From positions 1 to 61,509 of the IMG/VR virus record IMGVR_UViG_3300025759_000004: a stretch of 61,509 bases of DNA; one strand, given 5' to 3'. The DNA is from a virus (lineage: Duplodnaviria > Caudoviricetes). Within the stretch, counting starts at the first letter, position 1. Every line of letters starts with the position of its first letter. The notes under the pieces are model-generated. The model saw only the letters and a list, made by a program, of their open reading frames with translations. It had not been told where the DNA came from and searched no databases. A program made the translations under genes and the position numbers. Positions 8,067 to 17,594 of the stretch are shown one piece after another.

Positions 8067-8255
8067 TTACTCCCATATATAAGTTATACCTTTATAATTA
8101 AACCATTCGGTAAGCCCGTCTTGGTCTTTGTTTTCGTCATAGATAAAACCAAAGCGTTTTGGTATAGCACCGATCAAGTAACCTTTGTAATATTTATCGG
8201 TTAGTGCACACGGTTGGCCGTCTTTGTTTTTGAAGAATTTAATGGTTTTTTTCAT
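8067..8255 (-). CDS. Hypothetical protein (start MKKTIK)
   Basis: The longer ORF-track start overlaps a promoter motif. Confidence 0.55.
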   Translation of the reverse strand: MKKTIKFFKNKDGQPCALTDKYYKGYLIGAIPKRFGFIYDENKDQDGLTEWFNYKGITYIWE

Positions 8256-8318
8256 AGTTCTAATTTTTAATTCAGTTATATTATCGTTAGGTGTTCGTGT
8301 CAAATCTATATTTTACCG

Positions 8319-8615
8319 TTAAGCAAAGTTAAATTTTTTAGTATATACTGTTTTACCTGTTACTTCTTGTACACCACCATTCACTGCTTTTACAACAGAT
8401 CGAATTAGGTGTAATGGGGTTTTATAGTCGTATATACAATCTGGTAAATTAGGCCCACGCCATCCACATTGCATGTTACTTATAGCGAAGCTTGTACCGT
8501 GGCTATTGGTGTATTGGTAACCTACCGTTCCGCTCTCGTTTTCGTACACAAATAGTGTTTTAGGGTTTTTTCCACTGCGTTGTGCAGTATTTACTTTAGC
8601 AATTAGTTTTCTCAT
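8319..8615 (-). CDS. Hypothetical protein
   Basis: ORF in early region. Confidence 0.6.
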   Translation of the reverse strand: MRKLIAKVNTAQRSGKNPKTLFVYENESGTVGYQYTNSHGTSFAISNMQCGWRGPNLPDCIYDYKTPLHLIRSVVKAVNGGVQEVTGKTVYTKKFNFA

Positions 8616-8751
8616 AATAATTCTATATTTAATTTGTTAGCAGCGAAGTTCATTAATACTTCGGTATAATATTGTGCATCACCGTGTAGGTTTTCAATAT
8701 ACCCACCTCCGTGGAAATAGTTGAGTGCTTCAATTACTTCTTCTTTCATAG

Positions 8752-9003
8752 TTATGCGGTTTTAAAAGTATTATCGTTGTACATAGTGTGTATGCGGTTA
8801 GAATATTTCTGTGATTCCCATAGTTTAGTGTGAGAATAAGTTCTACCTTTACTACTCGCTTTTTTCATAGGTGTTTTTACCTTATTATACTCTTTTTGAG
8901 TAAATTTAGTACAATAATCTCCGTTTGTTACTTCAATTTGGTGTGTTCGGTTTCGTTGTCTTCGTGAGTTCGTTAAATACTCACACGCTTCTTTCATTGT
9001 CAT
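8752..9003 (-). CDS. Basic hypothetical protein
   Basis: ORF in early region. Confidence 0.55.
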   Translation of the reverse strand: MTMKEACEYLTNSRRQRNRTHQIEVTNGDYCTKFTQKEYNKVKTPMKKASSKGRTYSHTKLWESQKYSNRIHTMYNDNTFKTA

Positions 9004-9090
9004 AATTAAAAGGTGTTACTTTGTTTGCTTATTATTTTAGTGGTACTGTTATTACAGAGTACTTCTGTACTTGTAAGTAATTTCATTACT

Positions 9091-9136
9091 GCGACAATAG
9101 GTTGTTAAGTATTATATAGTAACTAGCTTTTGTCAC
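9091..9136. promoter_or_regulatory. 46-bp inverted-repeat site, copy 2
   Basis: GCGACAATAGGTTG-N18-CTAGCTTTTGTCAC; abuts the promoter motif at 9138. Confidence 0.55.
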
Positions 9137-9187
9137 ATATATTATCGATCGGTGTTCGTATCAAACTTATATTTTTCTGCAATTATT

Positions 9188-9478
9188 CTATTTACCAACA
9201 TTTCTCTTTACCCAGTTAACTATAAACTCTAGTCTTTCTAATTCATTAGGTATAAGAATTCTAGTATAGGTATAGATAGTTACGTCGGTTCTTCCCCTAC
9301 CATGCCATACTCCCGTCCAATACTCATCTTTCGTTTTAACTTTCTTATTGATCTGGTATAATCGGTCTAGGTAGTAATTTGATATTCTAACATAACCTGA
9401 CTTGTAGGATTTTAATTGTCTTCCGTCACTTAGTTGGTATGTAGCGGTACCATTACTATTAATTTCTAATAATTCCAT
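9188..9478 (-). CDS. Hypothetical protein
   Basis: Downstream of a promoter motif copy. Confidence 0.65.
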   Translation of the reverse strand: MELLEINSNGTATYQLSDGRQLKSYKSGYVRISNYYLDRLYQINKKVKTKDEYWTGVWHGRGRTDVTIYTYTRILIPNELERLEFIVNWVKRNVGK

Positions 9479-9651
9479 AATAACTTTTATTTTAGATTCA
9501 CATATATTATCTTCACCGACTCGTGTTAAACTTATATTTTTTTTTCATTCGTATTAAACCTTGATCACCGAAATGCTATACACTTCGTAGTAAACCTTTC
9601 CCGCAGGTGCAGGTGCTATACAATGCTATACACCCTGACCGGGTGCAGCGG

Positions 9652-9741
9652 TTAGTGCCAGGTTGTTTCAGAAGGAGCTGGTCCTAAAAATTCTCTGAAT
9701 GCTCTTAGCTTAAGGATAATGTAGTGACTAAATTTTCTCAT
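9652..9741 (-). CDS. Putative 29-aa peptide MRKFSHYIILKLRAFREFLGPAPSETTWH
   Basis: Manual translation; A-rich start context. Confidence 0.35.
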   Translation of the reverse strand: MRKFSHYIILKLRAFREFLGPAPSETTWH

Positions 9742-9793
9742 TTGTTAAAGTTTTAAAGTTAATAAAGGTAGGTTAAGATTGGGGCGAAGAAGC

Positions 9794-10114
9794 CTACTTT
9801 TCAGTAGACTCTTCAAGTTCGACTCGTTCGATTACAATATCCCTAACATTTGAAGGCATATCGGTTGATTGTGACCAGTAGCCTCTTTTGATCCAGCATG
9901 GCATTATGCTTAGCTTAGGTAACATTACTTTAAGCACTTCGTCGTGATTGTAGGTGATCTTTTGGTTTTTGTTGTTAACAAAGGTGATGATTTGATTTCG
10001 GCCATACCAAGACTTTCGGACAACAAAGTTCTTGCGAGTAATTGGTGGAAAGATTTCAGATAATTGCTCTTTTGATAATTTGGAGATTGTTTGGTTTAAT
10101 AATTCAGTGTTCAT
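9794..10114 (-). CDS. Hypothetical early protein
   Basis: Downstream of two tandem promoter motifs. Confidence 0.7.
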   Translation of the reverse strand: MNTELLNQTISKLSKEQLSEIFPPITRKNFVVRKSWYGRNQIITFVNNKNQKITYNHDEVLKVMLPKLSIMPCWIKRGYWSQSTDMPSNVRDIVIERVELEESTEK

Positions 10115-10332
10115 AATTTAAAATTTAATGGTTTATATTTATTTGTTATTTATTTTCAGTTATATTATCATTTACTATTCGTATCAAACTTATATTTAGT
10201 TATTTTAATTAATTTCATTTTTATATTTCTTTTATTTTTTATTCAACTATATTATCTAAATAGATCCGTGTTAAACCTATGTGCTATACGCGTTGCTATA
10301 CACGCCTTCGGCGTGCTTGGGGCTAGCTGAGG

Positions 10333-10491
10333 TTAGAACACCTCGAGCTGTTTAAGTAAGCTTTGATATGGGCTTGGAGTTAGATTGCGCTTTAATATAT
10401 CCAAAGATTCAATTAAGCCTTCTTTAGTTACATTACCGTTTAGGTATTGATTTAGATCATCAATGGTTGAGAGAATTAGCATTTTTTCCAT
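10333..10491 (-). CDS. 52-aa hypothetical protein (MEKMLILST...QLEVF)
   Basis: Manual translation; below the ORF-track cutoff. Confidence 0.5.
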   Translation of the reverse strand: MEKMLILSTIDDLNQYLNGNVTKEGLIESLDILKRNLTPSPYQSLLKQLEVF

Positions 10492-10544
10492 GTTATTAGT
10501 TTTAATTGTTATACATTTTAAGTTGGTAGATTTGGGGGTTTAGT

Positions 10545-10715
10545 TTATTTATATTGTTGTATTAATTTGTTTATATCTTTTAGATTTGAAAAATGGTAAT
10601 GGTATATAACTTGATCATTTGTTATATTGTAGACAGTAAAGTCATACATTTTGTATTTAGGTGAATAATAGATTTTGAAATAAGTTTTTGTTAAAGGAAA
10701 ATTGTTATTAAGCAT
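10545..10715 (-). CDS. 56-aa hypothetical protein (MLNNNFPLT...)
   Basis: Manual translation; directly downstream of a promoter motif. Confidence 0.5.
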   Translation of the reverse strand: MLNNNFPLTKTYFKIYYSPKYKMYDFTVYNITNDQVIYHYHFSNLKDINKLIQQYK

Positions 10716-10839
10716 TTTAGTTTATTTTAAATTAATATTTATATTTTAAATTCAACTATATTATCTATATTTACTCGTATTAAACCTATATGCTACGAAT
10801 TTGCTATACACGCCTTCGGCGTGCTGGAGCTGGTCCAGA

Positions 10840-10998
10840 TTAGAATATCTCGGACCAATGCTGCTCTTCCTCCTCCCAAAGATCGTCCCATTCAGATTCA
10901 GGCAGAATTACTGTTATGATGCCATCTGAATCAATACGATAGTTTATTTTGTTTTTGGTTAAATGATTTAGGACTTCAGGTTTGATATAATTTTTCAT
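10840..10998 (-). CDS. 52-aa protein with acidic C-terminus (MKNYIKPE...WDDLWEEEEQHWSEIF)
   Basis: Manual translation; first gene of the minus arm, downstream of a promoter motif. Confidence 0.55.
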   Translation of the reverse strand: MKNYIKPEVLNHLTKNKINYRIDSDGIITVILPESEWDDLWEEEEQHWSEIF

Positions 10999-11337
10999 AG
11001 TATATTAATATTTATATTTTAAATTCAACTATATTATCCTGATCCACTCGTGTCAAACCTATATGCTATACAGCTTCGCTGCGCTACGCTCCGCTCCGCG
11101 CTTTAACCAGGCCACAAAAACCCCGATAGCACCAGCAAAATCCAGCAAAAAGGCAAAACCTTTTCAAAGTATCGAAAAAATGGAGGGGGACCCCTTCACG
11201 AAAAACCTATTTTCTATTTAGGACCAGCCGTTTAAAACTAGCGGTAACCCAATAACCCTCTATAAGCAACGTATTTTTAGTTACAGCAGTAAAAAATTAA
11301 AAAAATATGTGAGTATATACATTATAATACTAATCAT

Positions 11338-11595
11338 ATGGCTAAACCAAAGAAAAAGGGAGGACCTAAGCAAAAATTAAGCCCTCTAGCTGCTCGAAGA
11401 AAGGCTAGAAGAGACTATTTATACGCAATGACTCCTCGTAGAAGACGAATGAAGGCAGAAAGTCAGCGTGCAAACTGTCCAAAAGGCCAAGATTACGACC
11501 ATAACACTAAAAAATGTGTTTCTTCCTCTCATAATCGCGGTGGAACACAGGCAAAACATAAAAAAGACGGTACAAAAGCCGAAAGAAAAGCATAA
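11338..11595 (+). CDS. Small basic protein with possible HNH-like remnant
   Basis: Very K/R-rich; GQDYDH...SHNRG. Confidence 0.55.
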   Translation: MAKPKKKGGPKQKLSPLAARRKARRDYLYAMTPRRRRMKAESQRANCPKGQDYDHNTKKCVSSSHNRGGTQAKHKKDGTKAERKA

Positions 11596-12911
11596 TGGCA
11601 ATAATTAACTCATACCCAACAGTAACACCCACTGGTGATGATTTGGTATTAATAGTAGACACATCAGTAGAAGGAAATCCAACTAAAACGGCTACAGTAA
11701 GTAGTATAAGTAGTATAACATCTGGAGATTTAAATGGAACTCCTACGCAAATAGCGTTTTTTGATACTACAAAAAGCGTAACAAGTAGTAATAATTTATA
11801 TTGGGACAATGTGAATTCAAGACTTGGAGTAAATACAAGTACACCAGTTGATAGTTTGCATATTGAAGGAGGGGTTAGAATAACCAGTGAAGTAGACTTA
11901 TTTCAAGGAAATAATAATACTTTTGCAGGTACAGATGCGGGAAATCAAGGAACTATTACAGGGGGATTCAATACGGCTTTTGGAAAAAACGCAATGTCAT
12001 CTGCTACAATAGCAAATAACAATACGGCATTAGGTTATGGTGCTTTAGGTAGTATAACATCTGGTAATAGAAATATAGCGATTGGAGTTAGAGCTTTAGG
12101 CGATGCAGTTGGCAACAATGGAAACAATATAGCGATAGGTTATCAGGCGCAACAAAATAATGGCGGCGCAGATAATATAGCTATCGGATCAGACGCTTTA
12201 AATCAAAGTACTTCTGGAGGTGATAATATAGCAATAGGAAAAGAAGCATTATTTTCTCAAGGTTCAAATTCACGTTCTATAGCAATTGGTAGAGAAGCCT
12301 TGTATAGTAACACAACAGGCGCACACAACGTTGGTATAGGTTATGGTGCTCTTGTTAATTTGTCAACAGGTACAAATAGATGGAATACAGCAATTGGATA
12401 TTTAGCTGGATCTCAATTAAGCACAACTACTGGTACTGGAGGTGAAAACAATATTATAATTGGATATCAAGCGCAAGCTAGTTCACCAACAGTATCTAAT
12501 GAAATAACATTAGGCAATAATGCTATATCTGTATTAAGATGTGCTGTTACTACTATCACATCTTTATCTGATGAGAGAGATAAAACAGATATTAAGCCAT
12601 TGGATTATGGACTTAACTTTATTAACTCGTTATCACCAAAACAATTTACTTGGAATCAAAGAGATGAATATATAGATTCAAAAGATGATGAAGGAAACGC
12701 AATACAAGAATTAGTTGTAAATGCTAATAAAGGTAAAAAAGATTTTGGATTTATAGCTCAAGAAGTTCAATCAGTTGATAATGATATATTAAGACTTGTT
12801 TATGCTGAAAACCCTGAAAAACTAGAAATGAGTTACGGAAAGTTAGTTCCCATTTTAGTAAAAGCAATTCAAGAATTAAGCGCAGAAATAACAGCCTTAA
12901 AGCAAAATTAA
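11595..12911 (+). CDS. Tail fibre/spike with Gly-rich beta-roll repeats and C-terminal intramolecular chaperone (peptidase S74)
   Basis: Repeated NxA(I/L)G..AL units; SDERDKTDI...GFIAQEV...YGKLVPILVKAIQEL. Confidence 0.85.
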   Translation: MAIINSYPTVTPTGDDLVLIVDTSVEGNPTKTATVSSISSITSGDLNGTPTQIAFFDTTKSVTSSNNLYWDNVNSRLGVNTSTPVDSLHIEGGVRITSEVDLFQGNNNTFAGTDAGNQGTITGGFNTAFGKNAMSSATIANNNTALGYGALGSITSGNRNIAIGVRALGDAVGNNGNNIAIGYQAQQNNGGADNIAIGSDALNQSTSGGDNIAIGKEALFSQGSNSRSIAIGREALYSNTTGAHNVGIGYGALVNLSTGTNRWNTAIGYLAGSQLSTTTGTGGENNIIIGYQAQASSPTVSNEITLGNNAISVLRCAVTTITSLSDERDKTDIKPLDYGLNFINSLSPKQFTWNQRDEYIDSKDDEGNAIQELVVNANKGKKDFGFIAQEVQSVDNDILRLVYAENPEKLEMSYGKLVPILVKAIQELSAEITALKQN

Positions 12912-12912
12912 T

Positions 12913-15630
12913 ATGGCAATTATATATAGTTACCCAGAAAAAATAACTCCGGCAGGTGGAGACTTTTTAGTCATCACCGATTCAGAGCAACCAGCACCTA
13001 ATAAAAATCGGACGAAAAGTTTAAAAATAGATAACTTAGCAGATTATATAGTTACATCAACTAGTGGTATCACTGGATCTGGTACTTTAAACACTATTGC
13101 CATGTTTACACCTGATGGGCAAAGCATTGGTGATTCTATATTAACACAAGATGTTGGCGCTACACAATTAACGGTTAATGGCGAATTAAGAGTATCCAAA
13201 TCCATTTATGCTGTTTTAGGCCTTACAATAGATGGTGCAACTTTGTTAAATGGAAATGTTACTCTTGGTGACAATAGCGCGGATTTAATAACACAAACGG
13301 GTACATTATATTTAAACGGCCCTGTAAAAGATACATCTGATACACTGGGCGACGCTGATCAAATTTTGGTATCAGATGCTTCTGGGGAATTAACTTTTAC
13401 GGACTTAGCCAATATATCCATAGGAGCCGCGGAGGTTGTGCAGGTTCCTGTTAAAAACCTACAAGGATCAGCGCTAACAAAAGGCGATCCTGTTTATATA
13501 TCAGGTTCTGTAGGCGCATCGGGCAGACTGGAAGTGCAATTAGCGGATGCTTCTAATGCGGCTAAAATGCCTGCTGTTGGTTTATTAAAACAAGATCTAG
13601 ACATAAATGAAGAAGGTTTTGCGGTTGTAACAGGTAAGCTTAGAAACCTAGATAATAGTACAATTGACGGGCAACCACCCGCGCCTAATGACGTTGTATA
13701 TGTAAAAGCTAGTAGCACCACTGGCAATGCTCTTACTCTTGTAAAACCGGTAGGCAGTGCTCTTATCCAAAATATGGGTAAAGTTGGTAGGGTGAGCAAC
13801 GTTGGGTCAAATGATGGAACGTTTGTTGTATCATCTATACTCAGAACAAACGACATACCTAATCTTACCCCGGGTAAAATATGGGTTGGCTCAACTGGTA
13901 ATACTATTGAATCAAGCTCCATTACATTTACAGAAGCTACAGGAGCAGTCCAACTTGATGAATATGGCACAGCGACACATACTGGCACTACTGCATACAA
14001 TTTAGCAGTCGATGCGGCGGGTAATGTAATTGAAACACCTCACACGTTAGAAGATCTTTTAGACACTGAAATTGAATCCGGGCGCGTTAGGCATTCAACT
14101 CTTACAACCCCAGGCTCTGGTTATACCGTTGCTAATAATGTTCCAACCACAGGTGGAAACGGGACGGGCCTTGAAATTAATATACTTACCTTGGGGGTTG
14201 GGGATTCAATTGCAACTTATTCTATAGCTCCTATTAGAGACGGCGCTAATTATGTTGCCGGTGACGTAGTTACTGTTAATGCTGGTAATGTTGATGCTAC
14301 AATTACTATTGATGAAACTTGGCCATTAGGGGGTAATACACTTGTTTATAATACCAATGATGATGTTTGGATAAATGACGCCACTTTAACCGTTGATTAT
14401 ATTAATAAACGCGTTGGTATTGGCACTACAAATCCCATTATAGGATTTCACTGCGACCCTAAGGCAAAGTTTAGAAATGAAGTAAGAATAGATCAAAAAA
14501 ATAACAATGCAATTTTAGGTCAGGGCTCTAATTATGATAATCTAATTGGTAATGCAAATACAGCCGTTGGAACAAATGTTATGGGCGCAGCGGTAGCAGC
14601 AAGTAATAACACAGCGGTTGGTTATAATGCTTTTGCAGTGGCTACAGGTGGTAATAACAATGCCGTTTTTGGTTCTGGGGCTGGAAGTTCAATTGTAAAT
14701 GGTAGTTTTAATGTTGCATTAGGTGCATATGCATTACCTGCGGCAATTAATACGCAGGCGAATATTGCTATTGGCTACAACGCTCAGCAAAGTAATACTT
14801 CTGGAAATAATAATATTGCTATTGGAAGAAACGCACTTGGAACAATAAACGGTTACTTTTCAAATACAGTAATTGGAACAGATGCGGCAAGATTAACCTT
14901 TAATATGAATAGGGCTGTAGTTATTGGCTCGGAAGCGCTTGGAGTAGGAACAACCGGCAGTGATGTGGTGTTAGTTGGAAATCAAGCAGGGCAAAACAAT
15001 AATGCTCAATGGACTGTTGCGATTGGTTCAAGAGCTTTGCAGGCTAATACAAGAGGGTTTTTTAATACAGCCGTTGGAGGACAAGCTCTAAGTGCAGTTA
15101 CAGGCGGTATAGGTAGATACAACGCTGCTTTAGGATACCAAGCCGGAAATAATATAACAAACGGTCAAAATAATATTGTTATTGGATTTCAAGCACAGGC
15201 TAGCTCTGCAACCACAAGTAATGAAATTACATTAGGAAATAGCTCTATATCTGTATTAAGATGTGCTGTAACAACTATAACGTCACTTTCTGATGAGCGT
15301 GATAAAACCGATATAACTAATCTTGAGTATGGATTAGACTTTATAAATTCTTTATCGCCAAAACAATTTACTTGGGATCAAAGACCGGAATATGCAATTG
15401 AAATTGATGATGATGGTAATGAAACCCAAGTAGAGGTAGAGAATGCCAACAAAGGCAAAAAGGACTTTGGGTTTATAGCTCAAGATGTTCAATCAGTAGA
15501 TAACGACATATTGCGGCTTGTCTATGCAGAGAATCCTGAAAAGCTTGAAATGAGCTATGGGAAGTTAGTGCCTATATTAGTGCAAGCAATAAAAGAGCTT
15601 ACAAATAGAATAGAAGCGTTAGAAGCATAA
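12913..15630 (+). CDS. Second tail fibre/spike with S74 chaperone domain
   Basis: Same repeats and nearly identical C-terminal chaperone. Confidence 0.85.
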   Translation: MAIIYSYPEKITPAGGDFLVITDSEQPAPNKNRTKSLKIDNLADYIVTSTSGITGSGTLNTIAMFTPDGQSIGDSILTQDVGATQLTVNGELRVSKSIYAVLGLTIDGATLLNGNVTLGDNSADLITQTGTLYLNGPVKDTSDTLGDADQILVSDASGELTFTDLANISIGAAEVVQVPVKNLQGSALTKGDPVYISGSVGASGRLEVQLADASNAAKMPAVGLLKQDLDINEEGFAVVTGKLRNLDNSTIDGQPPAPNDVVYVKASSTTGNALTLVKPVGSALIQNMGKVGRVSNVGSNDGTFVVSSILRTNDIPNLTPGKIWVGSTGNTIESSSITFTEATGAVQLDEYGTATHTGTTAYNLAVDAAGNVIETPHTLEDLLDTEIESGRVRHSTLTTPGSGYTVANNVPTTGGNGTGLEINILTLGVGDSIATYSIAPIRDGANYVAGDVVTVNAGNVDATITIDETWPLGGNTLVYNTNDDVWINDATLTVDYINKRVGIGTTNPIIGFHCDPKAKFRNEVRIDQKNNNAILGQGSNYDNLIGNANTAVGTNVMGAAVAASNNTAVGYNAFAVATGGNNNAVFGSGAGSSIVNGSFNVALGAYALPAAINTQANIAIGYNAQQSNTSGNNNIAIGRNALGTINGYFSNTVIGTDAARLTFNMNRAVVIGSEALGVGTTGSDVVLVGNQAGQNNNAQWTVAIGSRALQANTRGFFNTAVGGQALSAVTGGIGRYNAALGYQAGNNITNGQNNIVIGFQAQASSATTSNEITLGNSSISVLRCAVTTITSLSDERDKTDITNLEYGLDFINSLSPKQFTWDQRPEYAIEIDDDGNETQVEVENANKGKKDFGFIAQDVQSVDNDILRLVYAENPEKLEMSYGKLVPILVQAIKELTNRIEALEA

Positions 15631-15716
15631 GGTAAAAAACAGTAAAAACCAGTAATATATAACATATACCCTGCTCGGGAAAGTGCAAACCAATTAACAA
15701 CATAAAACCAAAACCA

Positions 15717-16007
15717 ATGACATTTTATTATTCGACTAATTCGTGGTCTAGTCAATCACAACCAGATGAAAACCGTTTAAAACTTTGGAAGCATATCGCA
15801 GATAAAGCAAACTGGAGAATAGTTCAACTACCAAACGGTTATTACCAAACAGAATACCAAGATCTTCGCGACGAAGGAATCTGGAAGGATGTTACGCGGC
15901 GAGAAACATTAGAAGCCGCAGAAACTTCAATAGATAAAACTATTGAACACTACAAAAAAAAGCTTGAATTTTTAAACGGGCCAAAAGTAGTAAAGACCTT
16001 TAAATAA
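15717..16007 (+). CDS. Conserved hypothetical protein
   Basis: Clean ORF upstream of groEL with its own putative promoter. Confidence 0.7.
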   Translation: MTFYYSTNSWSSQSQPDENRLKLWKHIADKANWRIVQLPNGYYQTEYQDLRDEGIWKDVTRRETLEAAETSIDKTIEHYKKKLEFLNGPKVVKTFK

Positions 16008-16037
16008 ACCAATATTAAAATTAAATTAAATTAAATT

Positions 16038-17594
16038 ATGTCAGACGCAATTGTCAAAAACTTGAACTTTGGAACAGAAGCTAGAGATCAAGTATTTAAA
16101 GGAATAGAAAAACTCACTAAAGCTGTTAGCTCCACGTTGGGAGCTAGCGGCCGATGTGTGATGTTAGAAGATAACACTGGAAAACCCATTATTACAAAAG
16201 ACGGTGTTACTGTAGCAGATTCAATAATCTTGCTAGATCCAGTTGAAAATATGGGTGCTACACTTTTAAAAGAAGCTGCTCGCAAAACAGTGCAAGAAGC
16301 GGGTGACGGCACAACAACGGCAACGGTACTAGCTCACTCTATACTAAGTGAAGCTTATAAAGTTGCTGATAAAACAAACTCAAGAGAGTTGAAAAACGGT
16401 ATTAATAAAGCTGTTAAAAATGTAGTTAAGTTTTTACAGTTAGTATCTGTAGACGTTAAAGGCGATATGATAGATCAAATTGCTACAATATCTACAAACA
16501 ACGACGCTAAACTTGGAAAAGTTATAGCGGATGCTTTTAGAGCGGTTGATAATACAGGTGTGGTTATGATGGAAACGGCTTCAGATGGTAAAACATATGT
16601 TGAAGTTGTTGATGGTGTCCAATATGAAAAAGGACTTAAGAACTCACACTTTATAACTAACAAAGCTAATAAAACGGCTGAGTTGGACAAACCGCTAGTG
16701 CTTTTATTAGAATCCCCAGTGGACACAATAAGACAGATTCAGTCTGTGCTAGAGTACGTAATAAAAAACAACAAACCTTTGCTTATTATAGGCGATTTAG
16801 AACAAGGTGTTTTATCAGCTCTGGCAATGAATAAAATGAAAGGCGCTATTAAAGTAAATGTTATTGATGCTCCAACATACGGTATCAATAAACAACAGAT
16901 GCTTCAAGACCTTTCGCTTTTAACTGGTGCCACTATCATAAACGAAGACCTTGGAGATGATATGGATATGATACAGCCAGAACACTTAGGAACTTGCATT
17001 AAAAGTGTTACTTCTCACGAAGATACAGTTTTACAAGTTGAAGAACCTTCTGAAGAAATATTAAGTGTTATAAAAGAATTAAAACAACAAGTATTAGAAG
17101 AAAAAAATCCTAATAAAGTTGTAAAGCTGGAAAAAAGATTAGCAATGCTTTCTGCTAAAATAGCAATTGTAAAAGTGGGTGCTAATTCAGAAATAGAACT
17201 AAAAGAAAAAACAGATAGGGTAGAAGATGCTATCTGTGCTACTAAAGCTGCTATTAAAGAAGGGATTGTTCCTGGTGGTGGTATTGCTCTATTAAATGCC
17301 GCAACAAATTTAAAAGCTAAGTCTATTGGTGAAACAGTTTTGCTAGAAGCTATTAAAGCGCCTTTTAAAACTATACTTGAAAACGCAGGTGTTGATAATG
17401 TTAAAACACCAACTAGAAAAGGACAAGGTTATAACGTGGTTACGGGAAAAATGGTAAATATGACAAAGTCAGGTATTATAGATCCTCTACTTGTTACCAA
17501 GAGCGCTCTTCAAAATGCAGCTTCCGTAGCGACTACGATTTTATCTACAGATTGTGTAATTAATAATCTAAGAATTAATGAAGGCAATAGGTAG
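16038..17594 (+). CDS. groEL: Chaperonin GroEL
   Basis: ITKDGVTVA, AGDGTTTATVLA, EGIVPGGG, GIIDP motifs. Confidence 0.97.
   Translation: MSDAIVKNLNFGTEARDQVFKGIEKLTKAVSSTLGASGRCVMLEDNTGKPIITKDGVTVADSIILLDPVENMGATLLKEAARKTVQEAGDGTTTATVLAHSILSEAYKVADKTNSRELKNGINKAVKNVVKFLQLVSVDVKGDMIDQIATISTNNDAKLGKVIADAFRAVDNTGVVMMETASDGKTYVEVVDGVQYEKGLKNSHFITNKANKTAELDKPLVLLLESPVDTIRQIQSVLEYVIKNNKPLLIIGDLEQGVLSALAMNKMKGAIKVNVIDAPTYGINKQQMLQDLSLLTGATIINEDLGDDMDMIQPEHLGTCIKSVTSHEDTVLQVEEPSEEILSVIKELKQQVLEEKNPNKVVKLEKRLAMLSAKIAIVKVGANSEIELKEKTDRVEDAICATKAAIKEGIVPGGGIALLNAATNLKAKSIGETVLLEAIKAPFKTILENAGVDNVKTPTRKGQGYNVVTGKMVNMTKSGIIDPLLVTKSALQNAASVATTILSTDCVINNLRINEGNR

Larger units (their letters stand above)
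3831..11062 (-). promoter_or_regulatory. Ten dispersed copies of a putative early promoter, ATARGTTTRAYACG-N10-GATAATATA
   Basis: Copies at 3831-3860, 6036-6068, 6946-6978, 8277-8309, 9138-9170, 9503-9535, 10161-10193, 10248-10280, 10757-10789, 11030-11062; fixed spacing, at gene boundaries, same orientation. Confidence 0.8.

Noticed and set aside
9570-11080. CRISPR array or integron attC cassettes
   Set aside because: Repeats are irregularly spaced, there is no RYYYAAC/GTTRRRY core pair, and no cas or integrase gene
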